Shown here piece by piece: positions 8,431-15,715 of a stretch of 64,000 nt of DNA (its first letter is position 1; each line of letters begins with the position of its first letter). Made by a program: the position numbers and the translations under genes. The notes below the pieces were generated by a model. That model searched no databases, was not told where the DNA came from, and was given only the letters and a program-made list of their open reading frames with translations. Source of the stretch: an uncultured bacterium (GTDB taxonomy: Bacteria > Patescibacteriota > Saccharimonadia > UBA4664). The DNA is taken from assembly GCA_963740635.1 (NCBI GenBank), contig CAVUEQ010000001.1, forward strand, positions 273,026 through 337,025. Direction: 5' to 3'.

Positions 8431-8661
8431 ATGGCGACTTTAACTGAGCGTACAACCGTATACCTCAATCCATATGTTAAAAAATATCTGCAGCATGAAG
8501 CAGTCGAACAGAACAAATCGATCTCGGAATTAATAAATGACCAACTCACTGAGCTTCTGGAAGATGCTGAGGATGCGGCGACAATTGATGAGCGCAAGTC
8601 TGAGCGCCTGACGTCTTGGGAGAAGGTTAAGGCTGATTTGGTGCGAGACGGATTGCTCTAG
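8431..8661 (+). CDS. ribbon-helix-helix (CopG/RelB-like) antitoxin
   Basis: Start re-assigned to ATG 8431, 6 nt after AAGGAG (8419-8424). The 76-aa product has the same length and layout as the antitoxin at 62194. It has an N-terminal beta-strand/helix RHH pattern and an acidic tail, and lies 5 nt upstream of the RelE-like toxin. Confidence 0.7.
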   Translation: MATLTERTTVYLNPYVKKYLQHEAVEQNKSISELINDQLTELLEDAEDAATIDERKSERLTSWEKVKADLVRDGLL

Positions 8662-8666
8662 AGCGA

Positions 8667-8918
8667 ATGTATACTGTTACGCTTCGATCCGGTGCCGTTA
8701 AGGAGCTGCGTAAGCTCCCCGAAGCTATTCGAAAGCAAGTCGCTACCACTATCGATCTGTTAGCGATTGACCCGCGGCCTCGTGGCGTGAAGAAAATGGC
8801 AGGGGTTGAAGCGTGGCGGATGAGGGTTGGTGATTATCGGATTATTTACTCAATCGCAGATCAACAACTTGTAGTCGAGGTTATAAGAATTGGCCATCGG
8901 CGGGAAGTTTATCGGTAG
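8667..8918 (+). CDS. RelE/ParE-family type II toxin
   Basis: 83 aa. ...LPEAIRKQV...LAIDPRPRGVKKMAG...WRMRVGDYRIIYSIADQQLVVEVIRIGHRREVY is the classic RelE/StbE pattern. Confidence 0.85.
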   Translation: MYTVTLRSGAVKELRKLPEAIRKQVATTIDLLAIDPRPRGVKKMAGVEAWRMRVGDYRIIYSIADQQLVVEVIRIGHRREVYR

Positions 8919-9042
8919 AAGTCCTGTCACGGGGGGGGGTAATCTGACGCTCGGTTGTCAGCACTGTCAGATTGCCCGATGGCACACGTAGCTGGATGGG
9001 GCATAATGCGTTGTTGTCCACCAAGGAACAGGAAGCTTGCCT

Positions 9043-9837
9043 ATGGACTGGTTGCCGCGTGAACTCATTACTCAAAATATCGAATTGCATCGTCAAATTC
9101 GCTATCTTGAGCAGCTGATCGACAAGCTTGACGCGGCCGTGGCGGTGGTCAATACCGACCTGGTGTACCAGATGGCGAACCAGACTTTTGCCAGCATGAT
9201 CGACCGGCAGGCGCGTGATCTTTTGGGGAAGACAATGTTCTCGATATTCCCCGGCACCAATGACAGTCAGGTGACGGCCATTTTCGCGAACGTTTTACTG
9301 ACCGGAGAGCCGTTTACCGCGCGGAGATTTCCGTTTACTTATCCGGACCGGGGTCACGTCAAAGCTGAATATTGGGACGGGACTGCCAGCGCTATTTCAA
9401 ACGACCAGGGCGAGCACGTTGGCATAATGATCATTTGCGCGAATGTGACTGACCAAGTGAGGCTTGAGGAGGAGCAAAATTCCCGCATTGCCGCGATGGA
9501 AAGCTCAGTTGAAGCGATGTTTTCTGCAGCCACGACTGGGGTCATTACGGGTTGGAATAACAGTGCCAGACGGGTATATGGCTATGCGGCGGAGGAGATT
9601 GTGGACAGGCCCGTGGACATCGTGGTGCCCCGCGACAAGCTCGAGGAACTGCGAACGGACATTGCCGAATTGAAAAAGGGTAACCGGGTAACCCATGTTA
9701 CCGCCCGCATCCGCAAATCGGGTGAACGCTTTCCGGCTTTTGTGAATAAGTTACCGGTGAGAAGTGCCGCCGGCGAAGTGGTCGGAATCTTCGCGTCCAC
9801 GCGCGACCTGTCCGAGCGCCGGGTAAATTTAGCGTAG
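9043..9837 (+). CDS. stand-alone tandem PAS-domain protein (no output domain)
   Basis: There are two PAS-like units (AVAVVNTDLVYQMANQTF...ICANVTDQ and AMFSAATTGVITGWNNSARRVYGY...IFASTRDLSERR). ATG 9043 is preferred over TTG 9037; an AGGAA-rich stretch lies upstream. Confidence 0.75.
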   Translation: MDWLPRELITQNIELHRQIRYLEQLIDKLDAAVAVVNTDLVYQMANQTFASMIDRQARDLLGKTMFSIFPGTNDSQVTAIFANVLLTGEPFTARRFPFTYPDRGHVKAEYWDGTASAISNDQGEHVGIMIICANVTDQVRLEEEQNSRIAAMESSVEAMFSAATTGVITGWNNSARRVYGYAAEEIVDRPVDIVVPRDKLEELRTDIAELKKGNRVTHVTARIRKSGERFPAFVNKLPVRSAAGEVVGIFASTRDLSERRVNLA

Positions 9838-9909
9838 GTGTGATCTTGATCCTAGGTTTTTGATGCGCTTGTGCTTATAATGAGTGCGGTTAATTAACCT
9901 GGGTCAAAA

Positions 9910-12273
9910 ATGTACAAACACATCAAGTTTTTCAAAGACGTAACGCTTAGTGATGTGCCTCAGGTGGGAGGTAAAAACGCCTCGCTTGGTGAGATGGTGA
10001 AGTACCTGGCGCCCAAGGGTGTGCGGCTGCCGAATGGGTTTGCGACCACCGCCGACAGCTATTATTACTTTTTGAAAGAGACCGGACTGAAGGCCAAGAT
10101 CGAGGCTGTGCTCGAGGGCTTGGATGTGAAGGACGTGCGCGAATTGGGGCAGCGGGGAGCTAAAATCCGTGCCGTCATTATGAACTCGGACTTGCCGAAG
10201 GATTTTGAGGACGAGATTGTGGAGGGCTACCGGGAGCTGAGCCGGATTTGCGGGCATGATGATCTGGTGGTGGCGATCCGCTCGTCGGCGACGGCCGAGG
10301 ATCTGCCCAATGCCAGCTTTGCCGGCCAGCAAGAGACGTTTCTGAACATTTCGGGGGTAAAGGAGGTGCTTCATGCGACTAAAGCGTGTATTGCGTCGCT
10401 GTTTACCGACCGGGCCATTGTGTACCGCGTGGAGAACGGCTTCGCGCACATGAGCGTGGCGCTGAGCGTGGGCGTGCAGCAGATGGTGGCAGTGCGGAGC
10501 AAGGCGGCGGGCGTGATGTTTACGATTGATACCGAAACAGGTTTCAAGAATGCGGTGATTGTGACGTCGATATATGGGCTTGGCGAAAACATTGTGCAAG
10601 GGCGTGTGAGCCCCGACGAATTTACGGTGTTTAAGCCGACGCTGGCGATTTTGAAAAAGCGGGTGGGCGAAAAGAAAGAGAAGATGGTGCCGGTGGTGGG
10701 GTCGAAGACCAAGAATGTGCCGGTGAGCAAGGAAGACCGTGAGCGCTTTGCTATCACGGATGAGCAGGTGAAGACGCTGGCGCAGTGGGCCATTGAGATC
10801 GAGAAGCATTACGAGCGGCCGATGGACATCGAGTGGGCGCTCGATGAAGACGACGACCAGCTGTATATCGTGCAGGCGCGGGGCGAGACGGTGCAGTCGC
10901 GCAAAGACACTAGCGAGATCGAGGAATACGAACTGACGGGCAAGGGCGAGCTGCTGGCTACGGGTACGAGCGTGGGCAACCGGATTGGAGCGGGGCGGGC
11001 CAGCAAGATTGTGGATCTCAAGGATATCGCGTCGTTTAAGGCCGGGGATGTGCTGGTGACCGAGATGACCGATCCCGACTGGGTGCCGATAATGCAGCAG
11101 GCCAGCGCGATTGTGACCGACAAGGGCGGGCGTACATGCCACGCGGCGATTGTGAGCCGAGAGCTGGGGATTCCGTGCGTGGTGGGCACGGGAGATGCGA
11201 CGGCCAAGATCGCCGACAAAGCGCCGATCACGGTGAGCTGCGGCGAGGGTGACCAGGGCTACGTGTATGCCGGCGAGCTGGAATTCAAGGTGAACCGCAC
11301 CAACATCAAGGACCTCAAGCGGCCCAAGACCAAGATCATGATGAACATCGGCTCGCCCGACCACGCGTTTGCCTACTCGCAGATTCCCAACGACGGTGTG
11401 GGGCTGGCGCGCGAGGAATTCATTATTGACTCGCATATCAAGATCCATCCGCTGGCGCTGCTGCGGTTTGATGAGGTGAAGGACAAGGCCGTGCGCGCCC
11501 AGATAAACGAGCTTACCGCCGGCTACAATGACAAGACGCAGTACTTCATTGACCGGCTGGCCGAGGGCATTGCGATCATCGGGGCGGCGTTCTTCCCGAA
11601 CGACGTCATCATCCGGTTTAGCGACTTTAAGACCAACGAGTACGCCGGGCTGATTGGCGGCAAGCAGTTCGAGCCGGTCGAGAACAACCCGATGATCGGC
11701 TGGCGGGGCGCGAGCCGGTATTACTCTCCCGAGTACAAGGCGGCTTTTGAGCTGGAGTGCCAGGCCTTCAAGCAAGTCCGCGACGACATGGGCATCACCA
11801 ATGTGAAGGCGATGATCCCCTTCTGCCGGAATCTGGATGAGGCTCACAAGGTGCTGGCGATAATGTCTGACAATGGGCTGAAGCGGGGCGTGAATGGGTT
11901 TGAGGCTTACATGATGGTCGAAATTCCCTCGAACGTGATCCTGGCCGAGCAGTTCGCGGAGCTGTTCGATGGCTTCTCGATCGGCAGTAATGACCTCACG
12001 CAGCTCACGCTCGGCGTGGACCGCGACAACCATACCGTGGCGCACGTGTACGACGAGAACAATGCGGCCGTGAAGGCGTTGATCAGCCAGGTGGTGAAGG
12101 TGGCGCGCGCCAAGCATGTAAAGATCGGCCTGTGCGGCCAGGCGCCGTCGGATTATCCGGAATTCGCGCGCTTCCTGGTAGAGTGCGGCATCAATAGCAT
12201 TTCGCTGGCGCCCGACACCATCGTTAAAACTACGATCGATATTGCCAAGACCGAGGCCAAGCTCGGGCGCTAG
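9910..12273 (+). CDS. ppsA: phosphoenolpyruvate synthase (pyruvate, water dikinase)
   Basis: 787 aa. VGGKNASLGEM, the phospho-His swivel block TDKGGRTCHAAIVSRELGIPCVVG and the C-terminal PEP-utilizer TIM-barrel block GSNDLTQLT are all present. Confidence 0.95.
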   Translation: MYKHIKFFKDVTLSDVPQVGGKNASLGEMVKYLAPKGVRLPNGFATTADSYYYFLKETGLKAKIEAVLEGLDVKDVRELGQRGAKIRAVIMNSDLPKDFEDEIVEGYRELSRICGHDDLVVAIRSSATAEDLPNASFAGQQETFLNISGVKEVLHATKACIASLFTDRAIVYRVENGFAHMSVALSVGVQQMVAVRSKAAGVMFTIDTETGFKNAVIVTSIYGLGENIVQGRVSPDEFTVFKPTLAILKKRVGEKKEKMVPVVGSKTKNVPVSKEDRERFAITDEQVKTLAQWAIEIEKHYERPMDIEWALDEDDDQLYIVQARGETVQSRKDTSEIEEYELTGKGELLATGTSVGNRIGAGRASKIVDLKDIASFKAGDVLVTEMTDPDWVPIMQQASAIVTDKGGRTCHAAIVSRELGIPCVVGTGDATAKIADKAPITVSCGEGDQGYVYAGELEFKVNRTNIKDLKRPKTKIMMNIGSPDHAFAYSQIPNDGVGLAREEFIIDSHIKIHPLALLRFDEVKDKAVRAQINELTAGYNDKTQYFIDRLAEGIAIIGAAFFPNDVIIRFSDFKTNEYAGLIGGKQFEPVENNPMIGWRGASRYYSPEYKAAFELECQAFKQVRDDMGITNVKAMIPFCRNLDEAHKVLAIMSDNGLKRGVNGFEAYMMVEIPSNVILAEQFAELFDGFSIGSNDLTQLTLGVDRDNHTVAHVYDENNAAVKALISQVVKVARAKHVKIGLCGQAPSDYPEFARFLVECGINSISLAPDTIVKTTIDIAKTEAKLGR

Positions 12274-12311
12274 CTGGTAAGGCTTATGTTACAAGTTTAT
12301 GATGGCTGTAA

Positions 12312-13520
12312 ATGACGCCATTGCTCAACACTCAGAGTTTCGTGGTCGGCACCTGGATCGACATCCTGATTGCGGTGTTGGTGCTGCTGAACGTGATTCG
12401 CGGGCGCAAGATTGGGACGGCGCCTTTGGTGCTGTCGGATCTGGGGTTTTTCGCGGGGATGTTTCTGGGGGTGCAGTTGGTGCCTTTTACGGTGCTAGCC
12501 GGGCCGGGGCCGGTGGGCCGCGTGATTGTGACCTTCGCGACGATTTTGGCGGTGGGGCTGTTTGTGGGGTTTGCCGGGTTTAACTTGGGTCTCGAAGCTA
12601 CCAAGCGGATCCGGTGGCCGAAGCTGCGGTATGGTGACGCAATGGTGGGCGGCGTGCTGTGTGGCGCCACGTGCATAATTCAGGTGTGGTTTATTTCGGG
12701 GATTTTCCTGGCCTCGCCGGTCCATTGGCTGGCGGCTGGGTTGGAGCGCTCGGTGGCAATCCGGGTACTGGATGCGGTGGCGCCGCCGGTGCCGGATGTG
12801 GTCACGCACATCCAGTCGTTTATTGATCCCAACGGTTCGCCGCAAGTGTTTGTGGATCTGGAGCCGATACCGCGGCCGCCGGTGACTGTGGCCGATGCGG
12901 CTCTGGTTGAACGGGCCGTGGCCAAGGGCGGCGGCTCGACCGTGCGCGTGAATGGTTTTAGCTGTGGCGGGCTGGTGAGCGGGTCGGGCTTTGTGGCGGC
13001 GCCCGGCGAGGTGATGACCGCAGCGCACGTGGTGGCCGGCTTGCGGTACCCGTTTGTGACCGACCAGGCGGGGGTGCATCCGGTGACGGTGGTGTGGTTT
13101 GACAGCGCGACGGACGTGGCGGTGCTGCGGTCTAGCGACCTAAAGGCCCGTCCGCTGGCGCTGGCAGCGGACGATGAGCCTGACGGCACCGAGGCGGTGG
13201 CGCTAGTGTATCCGGCGGGCGGGCAATTCGCCGCCGAGCCGGCCGGTATCATGGGTACGGATTTGATCACTGGACACGATATTTATGGACGCGGCGTAGT
13301 CAGCCGGCCAATTTACACCCTGGAGGCTCAGATCGTGTCCGGTGATTCCGGCGGGCCGGTGGTGTTGGCCGACGGGACGGTGGCCGGAATGGTGATCGCG
13401 CGCTCCCAAATCTCGGACAGCATCGGCTATGCGCTGACCGCCAAGGTGCTTGCTCCGGTGATTAAGCGCGCCGCTCTCCTCACCCGCACTGTGAGCAGCG
13501 GTACCTGCACCGGCAAATAG
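12312..13520 (+). CDS. MarP-like membrane serine protease (CvpA-type N-terminal TM domain + trypsin-like domain)
   Basis: 402 aa. There are four N-terminal TM helices, then a chymotrypsin-fold part with TAAHVV (His), DVAVL (Asp) and GDSGGPVV (Ser). Confidence 0.8.
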   Translation: MTPLLNTQSFVVGTWIDILIAVLVLLNVIRGRKIGTAPLVLSDLGFFAGMFLGVQLVPFTVLAGPGPVGRVIVTFATILAVGLFVGFAGFNLGLEATKRIRWPKLRYGDAMVGGVLCGATCIIQVWFISGIFLASPVHWLAAGLERSVAIRVLDAVAPPVPDVVTHIQSFIDPNGSPQVFVDLEPIPRPPVTVADAALVERAVAKGGGSTVRVNGFSCGGLVSGSGFVAAPGEVMTAAHVVAGLRYPFVTDQAGVHPVTVVWFDSATDVAVLRSSDLKARPLALAADDEPDGTEAVALVYPAGGQFAAEPAGIMGTDLITGHDIYGRGVVSRPIYTLEAQIVSGDSGGPVVLADGTVAGMVIARSQISDSIGYALTAKVLAPVIKRAALLTRTVSSGTCTGK

Positions 13521-13541
13521 CGGGTTTGTGAATTATGGGTA

Positions 13542-13588
13542 TTGACGCGAGGCTTGTTGTGAATTAACATTTAACCAAAGGGTTAAAT
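13542..13588 (+). promoter_or_regulatory. putative arsR promoter and operator
   Basis: TTGACG (13542-47), a 17-nt spacer, then TAACAT (13565-70). The dyad ATTTAACC-AAAG-GGTTAAAT (13569-13588) lies between the -10 and the ATG. TTGTGAATTA is repeated at 13526 and 13557. Confidence 0.45.
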
Positions 13589-13591
13589 GAA

Positions 13592-13957
13592 ATGTATGAA
13601 CAAGCCATACAGCTAAATTCGATATTCGCCTCTCTGGCCGACTCTACGCGCCGAGACATTTTGCGCCGGGTAGCGGATGTTGAGCTGTCGGTGTCCGAGA
13701 TTGCGGCCCCCTACGATTTGTCGCTGGCGGCGGTGTCGAAACATCTGATGATTTTAGAAAAAGCGAAGCTAATAATTAAACGCCGGGTAGGCAAACAACA
13801 GATTGTGAGGGCAGATGGCATGGCATTAATGACTGCTGAGCAGTACCTGCGCAGCTTCGAGAGATTGTGGAACGAGCGGCTCGACGCCTTGGCGCTGCTG
13901 CTGGCGGAAGAACAGCGTAACCAAAAGGAGAAGACCCATGGCAGAGACAACGACTAA
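13592..13957 (+). CDS. ArsR/SmtB-family transcriptional regulator
   Basis: 121 aa. FASLADSTRRDILRRV...SVSEIAAPYDLSLAAVSKHLMILEKAKLI is the winged-HTH pattern. Confidence 0.85.
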   Translation: MYEQAIQLNSIFASLADSTRRDILRRVADVELSVSEIAAPYDLSLAAVSKHLMILEKAKLIIKRRVGKQQIVRADGMALMTAEQYLRSFERLWNERLDALALLLAEEQRNQKEKTHGRDND

Positions 13958-14411
13958 AGAATTGACCTTAACGCGCGTGTTTGACGCGCCGCGCGAGCTG
14001 GTGTGGAAGGCCTGGACCGATGCTGAAATGCTGAAGAAGTGGTGGGGGCCGCATGGCTTCACCAACCCGGTGTGCGAGGTGGACCCGCGCGTGGGCGGCA
14101 AAATCAATATTGAAATGGAAGACTCGGAAGGCCTGATTGCCAAGGGCAGCCGTTACCCCATGACCGGAGAGTTTACGGAGCTGGAGGAGCCGGAGAAAAT
14201 CGTCTACACATCGGCGGCGATCATGAACGACGAAGTGCTGTTCGACAACTTAGTGACCGTGACTTTTGAGGAAGACAACGGCAAGACCAAGCAGACGGTC
14301 CACGTAGTGGTGACCAATATTCGCGACGCCGAAAAGGCCGCCGGTCCGCTCAGCGGCATGGAGATGGGCTGGAGCCAGTCGCTCGAGAAACTGGCCGATA
14401 GCTTAGCTTAA
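13938..14411 (+). CDS. SRPBCC (AHSA1/Aha1-like) domain protein
   Basis: 157 aa. LTLTRVFDAPRELVWKAWTDAEMLKKWWGPHGF is a typical family N-terminus. It overlaps arsR by 20 nt, a common ArsR-SRPBCC operon arrangement. Confidence 0.85.
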   Translation: MAETTTKELTLTRVFDAPRELVWKAWTDAEMLKKWWGPHGFTNPVCEVDPRVGGKINIEMEDSEGLIAKGSRYPMTGEFTELEEPEKIVYTSAAIMNDEVLFDNLVTVTFEEDNGKTKQTVHVVVTNIRDAEKAAGPLSGMEMGWSQSLEKLADSLA

Positions 14412-14429
14412 ATATTAGGAGGAAGTGGT

Positions 14430-14918
14430 ATGCAAAAGATAACGACATTTCTATGGTTCGACGACCAGACCGAAGAGGCCATGAAGTTCTACGTGGAGGT
14501 GTTTAATGGCAGCCCGCGCAAGCGCCTAGAGTCAAAGGTCGTGACGATCAAGCGCTACGAAAAAGGCATGGAGACGCCTGGGATTGACCAGATGGTGGGC
14601 AAGGTGCTGACGGGAGTATTTGAGCTCGACGGGCAGCAATTTATGGCGCTCGACGGCGGCCCGATCTTCAAATTCACCGAGGCAGTGTCATTGCTGGTGG
14701 ATTGCGAGGACCAGGCCGAAATCGATTACTTCTGGGAGCAGTTGTCGGCGGTGCCAGAGAGTGAGCAGTGTGGCTGGTGCAAGGACAAATTTGGCCTGAG
14801 CTGGCAGATAGTGCCCAAGAATATGGACGAGCTGCTGTGGAACAACCAGGCGGTAAACGCGATGCTGAAAATGAAGAAGCTCGATATTGCTGAGCTCGAG
14901 AAAGCAGGGGGCAAATAA
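14430..14918 (+). CDS. VOC-superfamily protein (PhnB / 3-demethylubiquinone methyltransferase-like domain)
   Basis: 162 aa. MQKITTFLWFDDQTEEAMKFYVEVF...FMALDGGP...DYFWEQL...CGWCKDKFGLSWQIVP. An SD (AGGAGG) lies upstream. Confidence 0.8.
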   Translation: MQKITTFLWFDDQTEEAMKFYVEVFNGSPRKRLESKVVTIKRYEKGMETPGIDQMVGKVLTGVFELDGQQFMALDGGPIFKFTEAVSLLVDCEDQAEIDYFWEQLSAVPESEQCGWCKDKFGLSWQIVPKNMDELLWNNQAVNAMLKMKKLDIAELEKAGGK

Positions 14919-15715
14919 TGAAATCTGTAGAATCCAAAGACGGTTCGAAGATAACTTATGAAAATCTGGGCGATGGGCCGCCGGTGATTCTGGTGGACGG
15001 CGCGATGGGTTCGCTGGCCGCTGGTTTTTCGAAGCATATGGCAGAGCTGCTAGCGCCCGACTTTACGGTGATCATGTATGACCGGCGCGGGCGCGGGGAA
15101 AGCACCAATACGCAGCCGTTTGCGGTGGCGCGCGAGATCGAAGACATAGAGGCGCTGATAGATGCGGCCGGCGGCAAGGCCTATGTGTATGGCATATCGT
15201 CGGGGGCGAGTCTGGCCCTGGAAGCGGCGGCCAAATTGGGCTACAAGGTGCCGAAGCTGGCGCTGTACGAAGCGCCTTACGATGAGGCCGACGGGGCCAA
15301 AGAAGCTTGGCATGAATACACCTCTAAGCTGAAAGAGCTGGTCGATAAGGGCGACCGCGCTGGGGCGGCTGAGCTGTTTATGCGGTTTGTGGGCACGCCC
15401 GAGGAGATGATCGCGGGTGTGAAGCAATCCCCGATGTGGCCGGCTTTTGAGGCGGTGGCGCCGACCCTGCCGTACGACGCGGCCGCAATGGGCAAGGATC
15501 GGAAAGTGCCGGTGGACCGCGCCGCCGAGGTGGAGGCGCATACGTTGGTGCTGGACGGCGGCAATAGCGCGCAGTACATGCCGTTTATGCAGGTGTCGGC
15601 CGATAAGCTGGCCGATGCCATGCCGCACGCCGAGCGCCGCACGATTGCCGGCCAGGGCCACGATGTGGATCCGAAGGCACTGGCGCCGGTGCTCAAGGAG
15701 TTCTTTGCTAGCTAA
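14918..15715 (+). CDS. alpha/beta-fold hydrolase
   Basis: 265 aa. The nucleophile elbow is GISSGAS and the C-terminus has GQGHDV (His). The start is coupled to the upstream stop (ATAATG). Confidence 0.8.
   Translation: MKSVESKDGSKITYENLGDGPPVILVDGAMGSLAAGFSKHMAELLAPDFTVIMYDRRGRGESTNTQPFAVAREIEDIEALIDAAGGKAYVYGISSGASLALEAAAKLGYKVPKLALYEAPYDEADGAKEAWHEYTSKLKELVDKGDRAGAAELFMRFVGTPEEMIAGVKQSPMWPAFEAVAPTLPYDAAAMGKDRKVPVDRAAEVEAHTLVLDGGNSAQYMPFMQVSADKLADAMPHAERRTIAGQGHDVDPKALAPVLKEFFAS

Noticed and set aside
7422-8597. 391-aa minus-strand ORF, the longest frame in this region
   Set aside because: It is antisense to a plus-strand gene with an SD and its own terminator, and to the RHH antitoxin start. 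Its translation is Arg/Gln/Pro-rich with no motifs. It would also have to read through the strong 8303-8342 hairpin.
6700-9900. Calling this stretch a bona fide genomic island or prophage
   Set aside because: No integrase, transposase or phage genes are present. Only the tRNA-end repeat, lower GC and TA/orphan content support the idea, so it is reported as a scar hypothesis rather than as a mobile_element feature.
9904-12117. 737-aa minus-strand ORF
   Set aside because: It is exactly antisense to the unmistakable ppsA gene. The His/Arg/Leu-rich translation is the typical open-antisense artefact of high-GC DNA.
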